Shown: positions 18,360 through 27,865 of the stretch, piece after piece
Layout: each line of letters starts with the position of its first letter
Position numbering within the stretch: position 1 is the stretch's first letter
Source of the DNA: Minisyncoccota bacterium
Lineage (GTDB): Bacteria > Patescibacteriota > Minisyncoccia > Phycocordibacterales > DATDSR01
DNA length: 64,000 nt
NCBI GenBank assembly: GCA_036517655.1
Contig: DATDVE010000023.1
Span: forward strand, 1,358 to 65,357
Direction of reading: 5' to 3'
The notes under the pieces: generated by a model
Told to the model about the DNA's origin: nothing
The model's database searches: none
What the model saw: only the letters and a program-made list of their open reading frames with translations
Program-made: the position numbers and the translations under genes

Positions 18360-18632
18360 ATGAAAGAGAAACGTAGAAATAACACAAAGAAGCGAGATCA
18401 ATATACGGTAGTACTCGAGGGGTTACGTTCGGATTTCAAACTTTTTGGCGAGGGTCTCGGTGGCCTACATGGTAAGGTTGATAAAATAGATACACGAATA
18501 GGCGTTGTGGAGACCGAACTTCAAATTATAAAAGGAGAAGTTGCTCTGATTCGCCACAATCAGATTACTCGAGACGAGTTCAAACTACTCGAATCTCGTG
18601 TGTTGCGCCTAGAGAAACTAGCCAATAGCTAG
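18360..18632 (+). CDS. hypothetical small coiled-coil protein
   Basis: 90 aa, basic N-terminus, heptad-like repeat; no known motif. Confidence 0.3.
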   Translation: MKEKRRNNTKKRDQYTVVLEGLRSDFKLFGEGLGGLHGKVDKIDTRIGVVETELQIIKGEVALIRHNQITRDEFKLLESRVLRLEKLANS

Positions 18633-19108
18633 CTCTGTTGGGTGGATTTGACTCGGACTTTGTGGGTCTTGTTCTTGTCTGATTTGGGTAGGATGATGGT
18701 CAGAAGCCCAGCTTTCTCGCGGGCGTCAGCTCGGTCTGGTTCAACCTCTTGAGGGAGGAGAATCGTGCGGGAAAACGTGCCCCAGAAGAGCTCCCGGAAG
18801 AAAAATTGATCGTCTTCCACTGTCCTATGGCGCTCTCTGGTGCCCTTGATAGTGACCATCTCGCGGGTGATTGAAATGTCCAGATCCTCTGGTTTGACCG
18901 CGGGGATCATGGCCTCGATGATGATTTCGTCAGGTGTTTGATACACGTCCACCGTAAGTGAGGCTTCACTTTCCTCCTCTTCTGCCATGGCCTCTACTGC
19001 AGTCTTATCCCGCGCTCCTTCTCGTCGAGGAACAATCTTCACCTCCTCTTCTTCCTCATAATAATTACTGCCTGTCAGTCTTTCGAAAAATGATGGTTTC
19101 CTTGGCAT
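18629..19108 (-). CDS. Hsp20/alpha-crystallin family small heat-shock protein
   Basis: 159 aa; alpha-crystallin domain pattern (VDVYQTPDEIIIEAMIPAVKPEDLDISI...TIKG...LLTIILPK). Confidence 0.8.
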   Translation of the reverse strand: MPRKPSFFERLTGSNYYEEEEEVKIVPRREGARDKTAVEAMAEEEESEASLTVDVYQTPDEIIIEAMIPAVKPEDLDISITREMVTIKGTRERHRTVEDDQFFFRELFWGTFSRTILLPQEVEPDRADAREKAGLLTIILPKSDKNKTHKVRVKSTQQS

Positions 19109-19115
19109 TTATATT

Positions 19116-19955
19116 TTAAGCTATTTTGCGAGTAATGTTCTTGACCTTTTCAAAAAATAGGAGCAAGAGGAGCACCCCCACCCACAACATCGCGAATACA
19201 GCAAGAACGTTACCGGACCCTTCTGCGATGACCTCGTTCATTATAAAGAAGTTGAACAAGGTGTGCAACGCCGCCGCCGCCAGTAAGCCAACAATGAGGT
19301 GTACCAGTTTGTCTCTTCTCGTCTTGTAGAAGGATGTGGCGATGATGCCTCCCATGATGGCCGATGAGAAAACGTGCAAAAGAGATGCCCCTAGGAAGCG
19401 CATAGAAGCTGTGACGATACTAAGCTCGAGGCCGCCCTGGGAGATGCTTTTGAGCAGAAAGAGTACGTTCTCGAAAGCTGCGAAGCCTAGAGCGGCTGTG
19501 ATCAGATATATCATAGCATCGAGAGGCTCGTCGTACGTTCTCCGGCGAAAGTCTGCGAAGAATGCAACGGCGTACTTTCCGATTTCTTCTATTGTTGCCC
19601 AAACGAGCAAGAGTACCAGGCTAGGGACGAAGAATTTGCTCGCGAGTGCCTGGAAGGGGAGAACCAATAGAACTACAAAGGCCCCACCGAAGAAAGTTAG
19701 GAGGAGCAGACTTCTTGGTTCTGGTCGCCGCTTGTCCTCCTTGAGCCAGAACCATAGCCAAACGAGTGGCGGGACAATGCCAGCCAGCAGAATTAAGAAT
19801 AGTTCCGTTGAACTTATGGAGTCGGCCACGTCTCTATCATAAGCAATTTCCCGTCTTTGTGGTAGCCAAGTAGTCCCCAGATCTCTTCGGTCACGAAGGG
19901 CATGAAAGGATGAAGTAATTTGAGAATATCGCAAAGCGCAAAACGCAAAGCGCAA
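19116..19955 (-). CDS. PrsW-family intramembrane metalloprotease (start uncertain, probably downstream of 19955)
   Basis: Multi-TM protein with PrsW motifs EEIGKY (EExxK), FAAFENVLF and HVFSSAIMG; the ORF's 5' end overlaps the valS 3' end by about 140 nt, so the real start is likely internal. Confidence 0.55.
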   Translation of the reverse strand: MRFAFCALRYSQITSSFHALRDRRDLGTTWLPQRREIAYDRDVADSISSTELFLILLAGIVPPLVWLWFWLKEDKRRPEPRSLLLLTFFGGAFVVLLVLPFQALASKFFVPSLVLLLVWATIEEIGKYAVAFFADFRRRTYDEPLDAMIYLITAALGFAAFENVLFLLKSISQGGLELSIVTASMRFLGASLLHVFSSAIMGGIIATSFYKTRRDKLVHLIVGLLAAAALHTLFNFFIMNEVIAEGSGNVLAVFAMLWVGVLLLLLFFEKVKNITRKIA

Positions 19956-21922
19956 AACTTTTCTGGATCCTTCTCCTTTTTAGCCTCCTCGATATACTTA
20001 TCGGCAAATTCATGCCAGGTGAAGTGATAGAGCTTTTCTGCGGCAAGGTAGAATCGATAGTTATCCATATCGCTCGTTACATCTTTTGTCAGCGCCTCAA
20101 GTTCTGCAAGCAGTTTTGAGTTTTGCGCTTCCGGTTTTGAGTCCCCAGATTCGTTCTCCATAACGAATCTGGCGATGTTCCAGAGTTTGTTAGCAAAGTT
20201 CTTGTAGGCTCTAATCTTATCTTCAGAGAGCGCCAGTGACGTGCCGGGGGTGTTGCCTATAACCAGGCCCATGCGAAATGCGTCAGTGCCGTATTTAGCT
20301 GTGTAATCTAGTGGATTGATTACGTTGCCTTTTGACTTACTCATTTTCTGACCCTTCCCGTCGAGCACCAAGCCGTGAAGGTAGACAGTTTGGAAGGGGA
20401 CCTTGCCTGTAGTGTATAGGCTAAGCATGATCATGCGTGCAACCCAAAAGAAGATAATCTCGCCCGCCGTTTCCATCACATCAGTGGGGTAGAAAGTCTT
20501 GGCATCGCCATCAGGATAGCCGAGCGCAGCAAATGGCCACTGACCAGACGAGAACCATGTGTCGAATGTGTCTGTATCCTGATGCACTGTGCCCCCGCAC
20601 TTTGGGCAAGTAGAGATTTTATTTTCCAGGTCTACGTAACCTTCCCCGCACGAGTCACAGATTTTAGCCGGAATGGGGATGCCCCACACAATCTGGCGCG
20701 AAATATTCCAGTCAAGAATATTTTCTAGCCAATGAGTAGTTATTTTTTCGTAATGGTCAGGTATGTAAGTTATTTCTTTTGCTCGGATTTTCTCAAGTGC
20801 CAGTTTTGCAAGCGGCCGCATTTTCACAAACCATTGCGGCATGACCTGCGGCTCGATAAGTGTGTTGCATTTATAGCAGGTATGTACAGTGTGCTTGTAC
20901 CCTTCGTCAATCTTTTCCACCAAGCCCTTACTCGCGAGCTTAGCCACTATGGCCTCGCGCGCTTTCGATATGTGTTGTCCAGCAAATTCGCCGGCAATAG
21001 GCAGTAGCTTGCCTCGTAGGTCAATTACTTGCTCCATATCTAGATCATGCCGCTTGGCAATTTCAAAATCGGCTGTATCGTGCCAAGGAGTGATAGTCAT
21101 AACGCCCGTGCCAAACTCTTGATCAACTGCTGTATCTTTGATCACTGTCGCCTCAATCTCGCCGTTTATCCACTCTAGTTTAAGTTTTTGCCCATGTTCG
21201 TATTGCTTGTAGCGTTGATCATCTGGATGCATGACTACATACTTATCGCCAAACTTTGTTTCCGGCCTCGATGTGCTGATTGTGAATGGCCCATATTTAA
21301 GATAGTAATATTTTTCTGTGCGTTCCTCGTCTTTGATCTCAAGATCAGAGAAAGATGTTTGATGTTTGGGGCACCAGCTCACAATGCGCTTGCCTCTGTA
21401 AACCAAACCATCGTCATATAGCTTTTTGAAGGTTTTATAAACAGTTTGGACAATGTCTGGATCAAGAGTGAACTTCTCTCGCGACCAATCACAAGATGCG
21501 CCCATGCTCCTAATCTGGGACTTGATATTCTTCGAGTTCTCGAGAGTGAAGTCGAGAATTTCTTTGTAGAGATCTTCGCGGGGGATATCAAATCTGGATC
21601 GACCCTCTTTCTCCAACTTCTTCTCATAAACCACTTGAGTTTCAAATCCGGCGTGATCAAGACCAGGAAGCCAAAGTGTCTTAAATCCGCGCATGCGCTT
21701 ATAACGCGTCATGATATCTTCAATAGTCATAACCAAACCATGCCCAGCATGCAAAGAGCCGTTAGCATTAGTAGGCGGCATCAGAATAGTAAACGCCTCA
21801 CCCGAGCCATAAGGAGCAAATTTGCCAGACTTCTCCCAAAGCGAATATATCCGCCCTTCAGTCTCACTAGGGCTATAAGGCTTGGTTAATTTTTCTGGGC
21901 AATTGTTTTCCTGTGCAGCCAT
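19814..21922 (-). CDS. valS: valyl-tRNA synthetase (compact form)
   Basis: 702 aa; class I HIGH region PPTNANGSLHAGHGL (the TGSLH variant typical of ValRS), KMSKS (QKMSKSKGN), zinc-knuckle Cys pairs; lacks the long C-terminal coiled coil. Confidence 0.75.
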   Translation of the reverse strand: MAAQENNCPEKLTKPYSPSETEGRIYSLWEKSGKFAPYGSGEAFTILMPPTNANGSLHAGHGLVMTIEDIMTRYKRMRGFKTLWLPGLDHAGFETQVVYEKKLEKEGRSRFDIPREDLYKEILDFTLENSKNIKSQIRSMGASCDWSREKFTLDPDIVQTVYKTFKKLYDDGLVYRGKRIVSWCPKHQTSFSDLEIKDEERTEKYYYLKYGPFTISTSRPETKFGDKYVVMHPDDQRYKQYEHGQKLKLEWINGEIEATVIKDTAVDQEFGTGVMTITPWHDTADFEIAKRHDLDMEQVIDLRGKLLPIAGEFAGQHISKAREAIVAKLASKGLVEKIDEGYKHTVHTCYKCNTLIEPQVMPQWFVKMRPLAKLALEKIRAKEITYIPDHYEKITTHWLENILDWNISRQIVWGIPIPAKICDSCGEGYVDLENKISTCPKCGGTVHQDTDTFDTWFSSGQWPFAALGYPDGDAKTFYPTDVMETAGEIIFFWVARMIMLSLYTTGKVPFQTVYLHGLVLDGKGQKMSKSKGNVINPLDYTAKYGTDAFRMGLVIGNTPGTSLALSEDKIRAYKNFANKLWNIARFVMENESGDSKPEAQNSKLLAELEALTKDVTSDMDNYRFYLAAEKLYHFTWHEFADKYIEEAKKEKDPEKFCALRFALCDILKLLHPFMPFVTEEIWGLLGYHKDGKLLMIETWPTP

Positions 21923-21978
21923 GTCACCAATCCTAGCAAAATAAGGTCTGTTGTGGTAGCTTTTGGTCGGAGGTTCTC

Positions 21979-22176
21979 ATGGACGAGTCAGTGGCAATCG
22001 AGGTCGCTTGTCCGTTCTGCAAGTCGAAGCACAAGTACGCGCCGGGGGAAATACTCATTTCTGGCGAGTACAAGGATCGCGAGTCACGCGGTGACGAGTT
22101 CCACGATCTTACCAAGATCGCGAAGTGGCGGTACATTCTCTGCCGGGGAGCACTTCGGCACGTAATCGTCATCTGA
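21979..22176 (+). CDS. hypothetical small Cys-containing protein (high-GC islet)
   Basis: 65 aa; CPFC...C motif; GC content locally higher than flanks. Confidence 0.3.
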   Translation: MDESVAIEVACPFCKSKHKYAPGEILISGEYKDRESRGDEFHDLTKIAKWRYILCRGALRHVIVI

Positions 22177-22194
22177 CGAAGGGGGGACTGACCC

Positions 22195-22497
22195 ATGCCT
22201 TTTGAGTTTGACGGCCAGCGAAACGCACCGGCCGGTATGTACAGGTCCGAAGTCACTTCGACTGCACCAGGCCACGCTCACAAGTGGGAAGCGACTAAAC
22301 AGTCGGGTCACTACGGTGGACTCTACCGGTGCACGAACAAGGACTGCCGTGCGCTCGGGGAGGACGAACAGACGCGCTTCGGCATCATTGCCCGCGAGTG
22401 CATTGATTGCCGTCGAGTAGCGACGCAGTACAATGGCCAAGACTTCGCGTGTCGCTGGCATGTGAAGAAGGTCTACATAAAGGGGAAGATGAAGTAA
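22195..22497 (+). CDS. hypothetical Cys-rich protein (high-GC islet)
   Basis: 100 aa; CTNKDC...CIDC...C pattern suggests Zn-binding; followed by a GC hairpin. Confidence 0.4.
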   Translation: MPFEFDGQRNAPAGMYRSEVTSTAPGHAHKWEATKQSGHYGGLYRCTNKDCRALGEDEQTRFGIIARECIDCRRVATQYNGQDFACRWHVKKVYIKGKMK

Positions 22498-22515
22498 GGG
22501 GCCCTTCGGGGCCCC
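22498..22515. terminator. GC-rich hairpin GGGGCCC-TTCG-GGGCCCC between convergent genes (bidirectional terminator candidate)
   Basis: Perfect 7-bp GC stem with UUCG loop, 1 nt after the + ORF stop and 5 nt before the tsaD stop. Confidence 0.5.
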
Positions 22516-22519
22516 GGCG

Positions 22520-23644
22520 TCATTTATACAGTGACAGATTGCCGCTTGCTTTGAGTTCTGCGAAGGCGGAAGTATCAGAATGAAGTAGAAACTCGGGGTG
22601 CAGATATGCTTGTCCTGCGAAGCCTAGGCGAAGTAGGGCTGCGATGCCGATCATGGTGGCATTGTCGCCCGTGAACTTCAGGTCGGGTAAGTGCAGAGCA
22701 ACCTCCCGTGGCTGACTGTCAGCCACGGGGCCGACAGTCAGCCTAAGATGATCACGAATTGTTTTATTAGCTATTACCCCACCGCCGACCAGCAAGCTTT
22801 TGGCTCCGTATTTAGTAATAGCATCAGTTGTTTTCTTGATCAGCACTTCTGTCACAGCCTGCTCGAATTCATGCGCGATTGCTATTTTTTGCTCATCTGT
22901 GAGTTCACCTTTATTTTCTTCTTTAAGTTTTTTTGCTAGATAGAGAACAGCAGTTTTTAAACCAGAAAACGAGTAATCCAAATCGCCCGAATGTAGCATT
23001 GGCCTCGGGAGCGATATTTTGATATTTGGATATTTAGATGTTTCGAAATGAGATGCTAGTCTGGAGATTTCTGGACCTCCTGGATAGGGCAAGCCGAGTA
23101 TGCGCGCAACTTTATCAAACGCTTCGCCTACAGCATCGTCTCGAGTGTTGCCAACCACTTCGTAACTACCCATCTCACGCATTAACACAAGTTGTGTATG
23201 CCCACCTGATATAAGTAATGCAATTGCCGGGAGTTCTAGTTTGCAAATTTCAAATTGCTCATTGCTCATTCGTTTCAGCAAAGCTGAAACGATATGTCCT
23301 TCCAGATGATCCGTGGCAACCAAAGGCACATTCCACTTCATGGATAATCCGCGAGCAAAGTTAATCCCTTCCCAAAGCGCCGGCTCGAGGCCGGGACCAT
23401 ATGTTACGGCAATCAAGTCAACCTTAATTCCTAATTCATTATTCATAATTCGCGCAAGAATCTCCGGCAGATTCTTGGCATGCTCGCGCTTGGCAAGCAT
23501 CGGTACCACCCCGCCCCACTCTTTGTGAACATTTATCTGACTCGAGACTTCGTGTGCAAGCACATCGAAAAGTTTGCCATCGCTAGTCTCAAGTAAAGAG
23601 ATAGCAGTCTCATCGCACGAAGTTTCTATCGCCAGAATTCTCAT
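22520..23644 (-). CDS. tsaD: tRNA N6-adenosine threonylcarbamoyltransferase TsaD (Kae1/Gcp family)
   Basis: MRILAIETSCDETAISLLE N-terminus, His-pair metal site (HLEGH), 375 aa from the ATG at 23644; the longer ORF would run into tRNA-Ser. Confidence 0.85.
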   Translation of the reverse strand: MRILAIETSCDETAISLLETSDGKLFDVLAHEVSSQINVHKEWGGVVPMLAKREHAKNLPEILARIMNNELGIKVDLIAVTYGPGLEPALWEGINFARGLSMKWNVPLVATDHLEGHIVSALLKRMSNEQFEICKLELPAIALLISGGHTQLVLMREMGSYEVVGNTRDDAVGEAFDKVARILGLPYPGGPEISRLASHFETSKYPNIKISLPRPMLHSGDLDYSFSGLKTAVLYLAKKLKEENKGELTDEQKIAIAHEFEQAVTEVLIKKTTDAITKYGAKSLLVGGGVIANKTIRDHLRLTVGPVADSQPREVALHLPDLKFTGDNATMIGIAALLRLGFAGQAYLHPEFLLHSDTSAFAELKASGNLSLYK

Positions 23645-23646
23645 AA

Positions 23647-23733
23647 CGGAGGCGGGAGGATTCGAACCTCCGATAGAGTTTCCCCTATGCCAGTTTTCGA
23701 AACTGGTGCCTTCAACCACTCAGCCACGCCTCC
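23647..23733 (-). tRNA. tRNA-Ser (anticodon CGA)
   Basis: Revcomp GGAGGCGTGGCTGAGTGGTTGAAGGC...CCAGT-TTCGAAA-ACTGG, long variable arm, T-arm GGAGG-TTCGAAT-CCTCC. Confidence 0.85.
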
Positions 23734-23800
23734 GCAATTCGTGGCAATTCTACCAGAAAATGTTATATTTGGCTTGCCCCGCGGAGCTTTGGCGGAATGA

Positions 23801-23872
23801 GGCCCTATCGTCTAGCGGTTAGGACACCACCCTTTCACGGTGGGAACCCGGGTTCGATTCCCGGTAGGGTCG
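23801..23872 (+). tRNA. tRNA-Glu (anticodon TTC)
   Basis: Acceptor GGCCCTA/TAGGGTC, anticodon stem CCACC/GGTGG with loop CTTTCAC, T-arm CCGGG-TTCGATT-CCCGG. Confidence 0.8.
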
Positions 23873-23878
23873 TTGGTT

Positions 23879-24976
23879 ATGAATCTTAATTTTCAATTCA
23901 CGGCTCATGATGTTTGGCTCTCGCAGCTTGATGATTGCAGGGCCGCTACTTCCAGCATTGATCTTGAAAATTGGATTTTTGCAGACTCGGGGATTGGGCG
24001 GGAGTTCCTGGATGTTTTTTTAAAAAAGGCGAAAGAAGGGATACGGGTGCGTATATTACTTGATATGTATGGGAGTCTGTCAATGTACAAGAATGCTAGT
24101 TTACTTTTTGAATTTAGGAAGTCTGGGATTGAAATTGAATTTTTTAACCCCATTGCTTTCTGGCGATTATACAAATTATTTAGTTGGTTCTCGCGCCGCG
24201 ATCACCGCAAGCTTATTCTGGTAGACGGACGGATTGCTCACATTGGCAGCGCTTGCATAGACGAGAAGATGCGCTCCTGGCAAGAAGCTTCTGTGCGTGT
24301 TCTGGCAAGTGAACCTAGTGAACTTGTGCCTATCGCGGACGCATTTAATTACCTGTGGCACTCGGTTAAACGCAAGACACTTTCGCGCAAGGCGTTCGAC
24401 GTGCCACTTACGCCACGATTAAACTACATCTCAAGCACGCCGCATATTGGCAAGCGCATGATTCACCAAGCGCTAACACGCGCAATACGCAAAGCGCGCG
24501 AAAGTGTGCATCTAGTTACGCCCTATTTTGTACCCACAGAACGTTTGCAGTTTGCGCTCTTCCGGGCGCTCAAGAGAGGGGTAAAAGTCACACTGCTAAT
24601 TCCCGAGAATTCTGATCCCAGAATAGTGAATCTCGCCGCGTATGAATACGCGCGTTCACTTGTGCGCCGCGGAGCGCAAGTTTTGCTCTATCCCACCATG
24701 ATGCATTCTAAATACGCCATCATAGACGGGAAGATAGATAGCGATGGCAGTAGTGGGTGGGGGATGTTGGGCAGTGCGAATCTGGATAACTTGAGTTTAC
24801 TAAGTGATTATGAGCATGTAGTGTCCGGCACTGACCAAGATCTAATTGGGCCACTAATAAACAACTTCAATCTTTTAGCAAAGAATTCCAAACCATTCGG
24901 CGATAAGCAGATGCACCCACCTATCCACGACAAATTACTAGGCCTCCTGGCCCGCCCCATTCACCGGTTCTTATAA
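23879..24976 (+). CDS. phospholipase D family protein (cardiolipin synthase-like, two HKD motifs)
   Basis: HRKLILVDGRIAHIGSACID and HSKYAIIDGK...GSANLD (two HxKx4D motifs); start taken at the ATG at 23879 just after tRNA-Glu. Confidence 0.7.
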   Translation: MNLNFQFTAHDVWLSQLDDCRAATSSIDLENWIFADSGIGREFLDVFLKKAKEGIRVRILLDMYGSLSMYKNASLLFEFRKSGIEIEFFNPIAFWRLYKLFSWFSRRDHRKLILVDGRIAHIGSACIDEKMRSWQEASVRVLASEPSELVPIADAFNYLWHSVKRKTLSRKAFDVPLTPRLNYISSTPHIGKRMIHQALTRAIRKARESVHLVTPYFVPTERLQFALFRALKRGVKVTLLIPENSDPRIVNLAAYEYARSLVRRGAQVLLYPTMMHSKYAIIDGKIDSDGSSGWGMLGSANLDNLSLLSDYEHVVSGTDQDLIGPLINNFNLLAKNSKPFGDKQMHPPIHDKLLGLLARPIHRFL

Positions 24977-24979
24977 TTT

Positions 24980-25055
24980 TGGTGGGCGCGCCCAGACTTG
25001 AACTGGGAACCCTCGTCACGTCAAGACGATGCTCTACCAATTGAGCTACGCGCCC
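24980..25055 (-). tRNA. tRNA-Val (anticodon GAC), CCA encoded
   Basis: Revcomp GGGCGCGTAGCTCAATTGGTAGAGC...TTGACGT...GGTTCCCAGTTCAAGTCTGGG...CCA. Confidence 0.9.
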
Positions 25056-25122
25056 AAGCAATGCGCTTATGCTAGCAAAAAATAGTTGCTTGTGCTAGTT
25101 TGACCAAAGCACGGATCTCTTA

Positions 25123-25494
25123 GTGCAAGAGCGGGAGGACGCGATGGCAGGAGGAGGGTGTGGAGAAGCGGGTGGATTGCCCGCTTCTATCACGCGACCG
25201 ACAGGAATGAAGGATGCGCACTGGTTGAACATCGTGACGCTGGCCGCGGACCCGAAGGTATTCGAAGGCTTATTGCTTGACGTCAAGAAGCTCCGGGAGC
25301 AGGCTGACCGCGTGGCTGAACTCGAAGTGGCTTGCGCCAAGGACCACATCGCCAAGTCGGGGATCGAGGGACTGGCACGCGAGTGGGAGACGAGGTCGAT
25401 GGAGGCGCATGGGAGTATCCACGAACACTTGAAGGCCACTGGACGGGCCTTTGCTACCGCCGCGCGTGAGCTTCGTGCGCTCATCGGCAAATGA
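25123..25494 (+). CDS. hypothetical protein (high-GC; paralogous to the fragment at 27866..28074)
   Basis: 123 aa; C-terminal 45 aa (IEGLAREWETRS...AARELRALIGK) align with the translation of 27940-28074 (IEALIREWGTRC...AVRELREIIGE). Confidence 0.4.
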   Translation: MQEREDAMAGGGCGEAGGLPASITRPTGMKDAHWLNIVTLAADPKVFEGLLLDVKKLREQADRVAELEVACAKDHIAKSGIEGLAREWETRSMEAHGSIHEHLKATGRAFATAARELRALIGK

Positions 25495-25585
25495 GCGCGA
25501 TCGCTGGACACAGCAGCCGGGGACCCAAGAGGGTACCCGGCTGCGATTCGTTTACAATTTACTTTATCCACACACTCGACTTGCT

Positions 25586-25607
25586 ATGGTGTACGATCGT
25601 ACACCAT
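25586..25607. promoter_or_regulatory. perfect 22-bp palindrome ATGGTGTACGATCGTACACCAT, candidate LexA operator (SOS box)
   Basis: Perfect dyad 12 nt upstream of the lexA-like start; GTAC-N4-GTAC core resembles non-E. coli LexA boxes. Confidence 0.5.
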
Positions 25608-25618
25608 AATTCTTATAT

Positions 25619-26209
25619 ATGGCGATGAAGGAAGGAAAGAGGAGTTTGGGGGAGGTGGTGGGGAAACTGCGCGGCTTTTATCTTGCTCACAGACGTTTGC
25701 CTAGTTATTCTGAATTTGCCAAGGAAATTGGTGTGCGCTCTAAAAACGCGGTGCTCAAGTGGATGCATAAGTTAGAAGATGCGGGGTTCGTTAAGCAAGA
25801 CTCTCGCGGCAGAATATCTCTGGGCGAGAACTTCGCTGGTGTGCCACTTTTGGGTGTGATTGAAGCGGGTTTCCCCACGGGTGCGGAAGAAGAGGTGCTC
25901 GGTACACTTAGTCTTGACTCATACTTGATCAAAAACCGCGAGGCAACTTATGTGCTCACAGTGAAGGGCGACTCGATGATAGACGCTGGTATCCGCGAGG
26001 GCGACATGGTTATTGTTGAGCGCGGAGTAGAGGCAAAAAGTGACGATATTGTGATTGCAGAAATAGACGGCGCGTTTACGATGAAATACTACCGGAAACG
26101 CGGCAGAGAAGTGTCGTTAGAGGCAGCGAATAAGAAGTATAAAACTATCTTCCCAAAAAATGATTTAAAAATTACTGCCGTAGTACGAGCAGTTATCAGA
26201 AAATATTAG
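25619..26209 (+). CDS. lexA: LexA-like transcriptional repressor (winged HTH + S24 peptidase)
   Basis: 196 aa; N-terminal DNA-binding region, C-terminal S24 fold with Ser in VKGDSM and downstream Lys (MKYYRKRG). Confidence 0.75.
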   Translation: MAMKEGKRSLGEVVGKLRGFYLAHRRLPSYSEFAKEIGVRSKNAVLKWMHKLEDAGFVKQDSRGRISLGENFAGVPLLGVIEAGFPTGAEEEVLGTLSLDSYLIKNREATYVLTVKGDSMIDAGIREGDMVIVERGVEAKSDDIVIAEIDGAFTMKYYRKRGREVSLEAANKKYKTIFPKNDLKITAVVRAVIRKY

Positions 26210-26304
26210 AGATAATGACGAAATGAGCAATTTGCAATTTGCAAACAATTTTGGAATGGCAGAATGTTTAAAACGAATTAAATCATTATTTCATTGTTTA
26301 CACA

Positions 26305-27549
26305 TTGCAAATTAAACCATTGAATCATTTAGTTCTTCATGTAGACGGCGATGCGTTCTTCGTGGGTTGCGAGCTTACGCGCCGGCCGGACTTGCGGGGC
26401 TTGCCTGTTGTTACCGGCGCGGAGCGGGGGATTGCCTCGGCCATGAGTTATGAGGCAAAAAGACTGGGTGTAACTCGCGGCTACCCAATATTTAAGTTAC
26501 GCAAAGACTTTCCTCAAGTTATTGTGCTGCCAGGCGATTATGAATTATATGAGCAGATGGCTATGCGCATGTACTCAATAATGAGCAGGTTTAGCGACAA
26601 AGTCGAAGAGTACAGCATAGATGAATGCTTCGCCCTGCTTCGTCAAGACTACGCAGGGCAAGCTCGTGAAATTAAAAATACTTTGCAGCGCGAGCTGGGT
26701 ATGACATTCTCTTTCGGCCTTGCGCCTACTAAAGTTCTGGCCAAACTGGCGAGCAAGCGCGATAAGCCAGACGGTTTAGTTTGTGTGTCGCGAGAAAATA
26801 TTGAGCGAGAGTTATATGGCATGAGTATAGAGAAAGTGTGGGGCATTGGCCCGCGCAGTCTGCCGCTATTACATGCTCTGGGTGTGCACACTGTAGGTGA
26901 CTTTGCTGCGCAAAACGAGCAGTGGGTGCGCACACATTGGAATGTGAACTTTCTAGATTTATGGCACGAGATTAGGGGCGAGCAAGTTTACAAAGTAGGG
27001 GAAGGTGATCTTGCTAAACATAAGTCAATTCAAAAGACGCGCACATTCTCGCCCTCTACCAACGATCCCGCAGTGCTTATGGGCCAATTAGCTAAAAATA
27101 TAGAAAACGCATTCGGTTATGCGAGGTCACTTAATCTTGCCGCGAGCGGGGCAAGCGTGTTCATTAAAACAGATAAATTCGGCTACCGGGTAGCCGAATT
27201 TAAGTTCTCTTCACTTACTCAAACCCCGGAACTACTGCTTGCAAAAGTTCGCGAGCGATTACCCAAATTAATCAAAAAGAGCGAGAAATACAGAGCCACA
27301 GGCGTCACTTTGTTGAATTTACTGGAGGTGAGTCCTCCACTTGGAGGTCTCACCTCCAAACCAGATCTCTTCGGCGACTTCGCAAAAAAAGAGAGTCAGT
27401 TAGCTGTGCACCAAGTTGCTGATAAATTATATGAGAAATATGGTGGCAGAGTGCTAACCGTGGGAAGCGCGCTAGCCTCGAGGCACCTAGGCAAAGTGCA
27501 ATCCGCAAGATCAAACCTAGGCCTTCCGTATCTAGGCATTGTGTGCTAG
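26305..27549 (+). CDS. Y-family DNA polymerase (DinB/Pol IV or UmuC-like)
   Basis: 414 aa; catalytic start LHVDGDAFFVGCE, SIDECF acidic motif, little-finger region; directly downstream of lexA. Confidence 0.8.
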   Translation: MQIKPLNHLVLHVDGDAFFVGCELTRRPDLRGLPVVTGAERGIASAMSYEAKRLGVTRGYPIFKLRKDFPQVIVLPGDYELYEQMAMRMYSIMSRFSDKVEEYSIDECFALLRQDYAGQAREIKNTLQRELGMTFSFGLAPTKVLAKLASKRDKPDGLVCVSRENIERELYGMSIEKVWGIGPRSLPLLHALGVHTVGDFAAQNEQWVRTHWNVNFLDLWHEIRGEQVYKVGEGDLAKHKSIQKTRTFSPSTNDPAVLMGQLAKNIENAFGYARSLNLAASGASVFIKTDKFGYRVAEFKFSSLTQTPELLLAKVRERLPKLIKKSEKYRATGVTLLNLLEVSPPLGGLTSKPDLFGDFAKKESQLAVHQVADKLYEKYGGRVLTVGSALASRHLGKVQSARSNLGLPYLGIVC

Positions 27550-27575
27550 TTTGAAACCGGAAGGAGGTCTCAAGA

Positions 27576-27863
27576 ATGCGTATTCTAGAGAACCTTGCGG
27601 GGCTAGCAGCGCTCGTTACGATCATCGCAGCCTTCATGCGGCTGTGGTCTCTTGTAGTCGCCAGTGCCACTACCATGGTGGCTCTCGAAGTCCTCGACAT
27701 CGCCTTGAGCAGCCACTGGGCATGTTCGAAATGGCCCAAACTCCGGCGCTATCAATTGCCGCAACCGCCAGATGACGAAGCGGGAGTAGCAGTTGTCGGT
27801 CTCGGTCCGCGACCTACAAAGAGGGTTGGAGCAGAAGCCGCAATAAAACCAGAAGACGATTAA
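27576..27863 (+). CDS. hypothetical small membrane protein (high-GC)
   Basis: 95 aa; two hydrophobic helices; strong RBS GGAGGT upstream. Confidence 0.3.
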   Translation: MRILENLAGLAALVTIIAAFMRLWSLVVASATTMVALEVLDIALSSHWACSKWPKLRRYQLPQPPDDEAGVAVVGLGPRPTKRVGAEAAIKPEDD

Positions 27864-27865
27864 CT

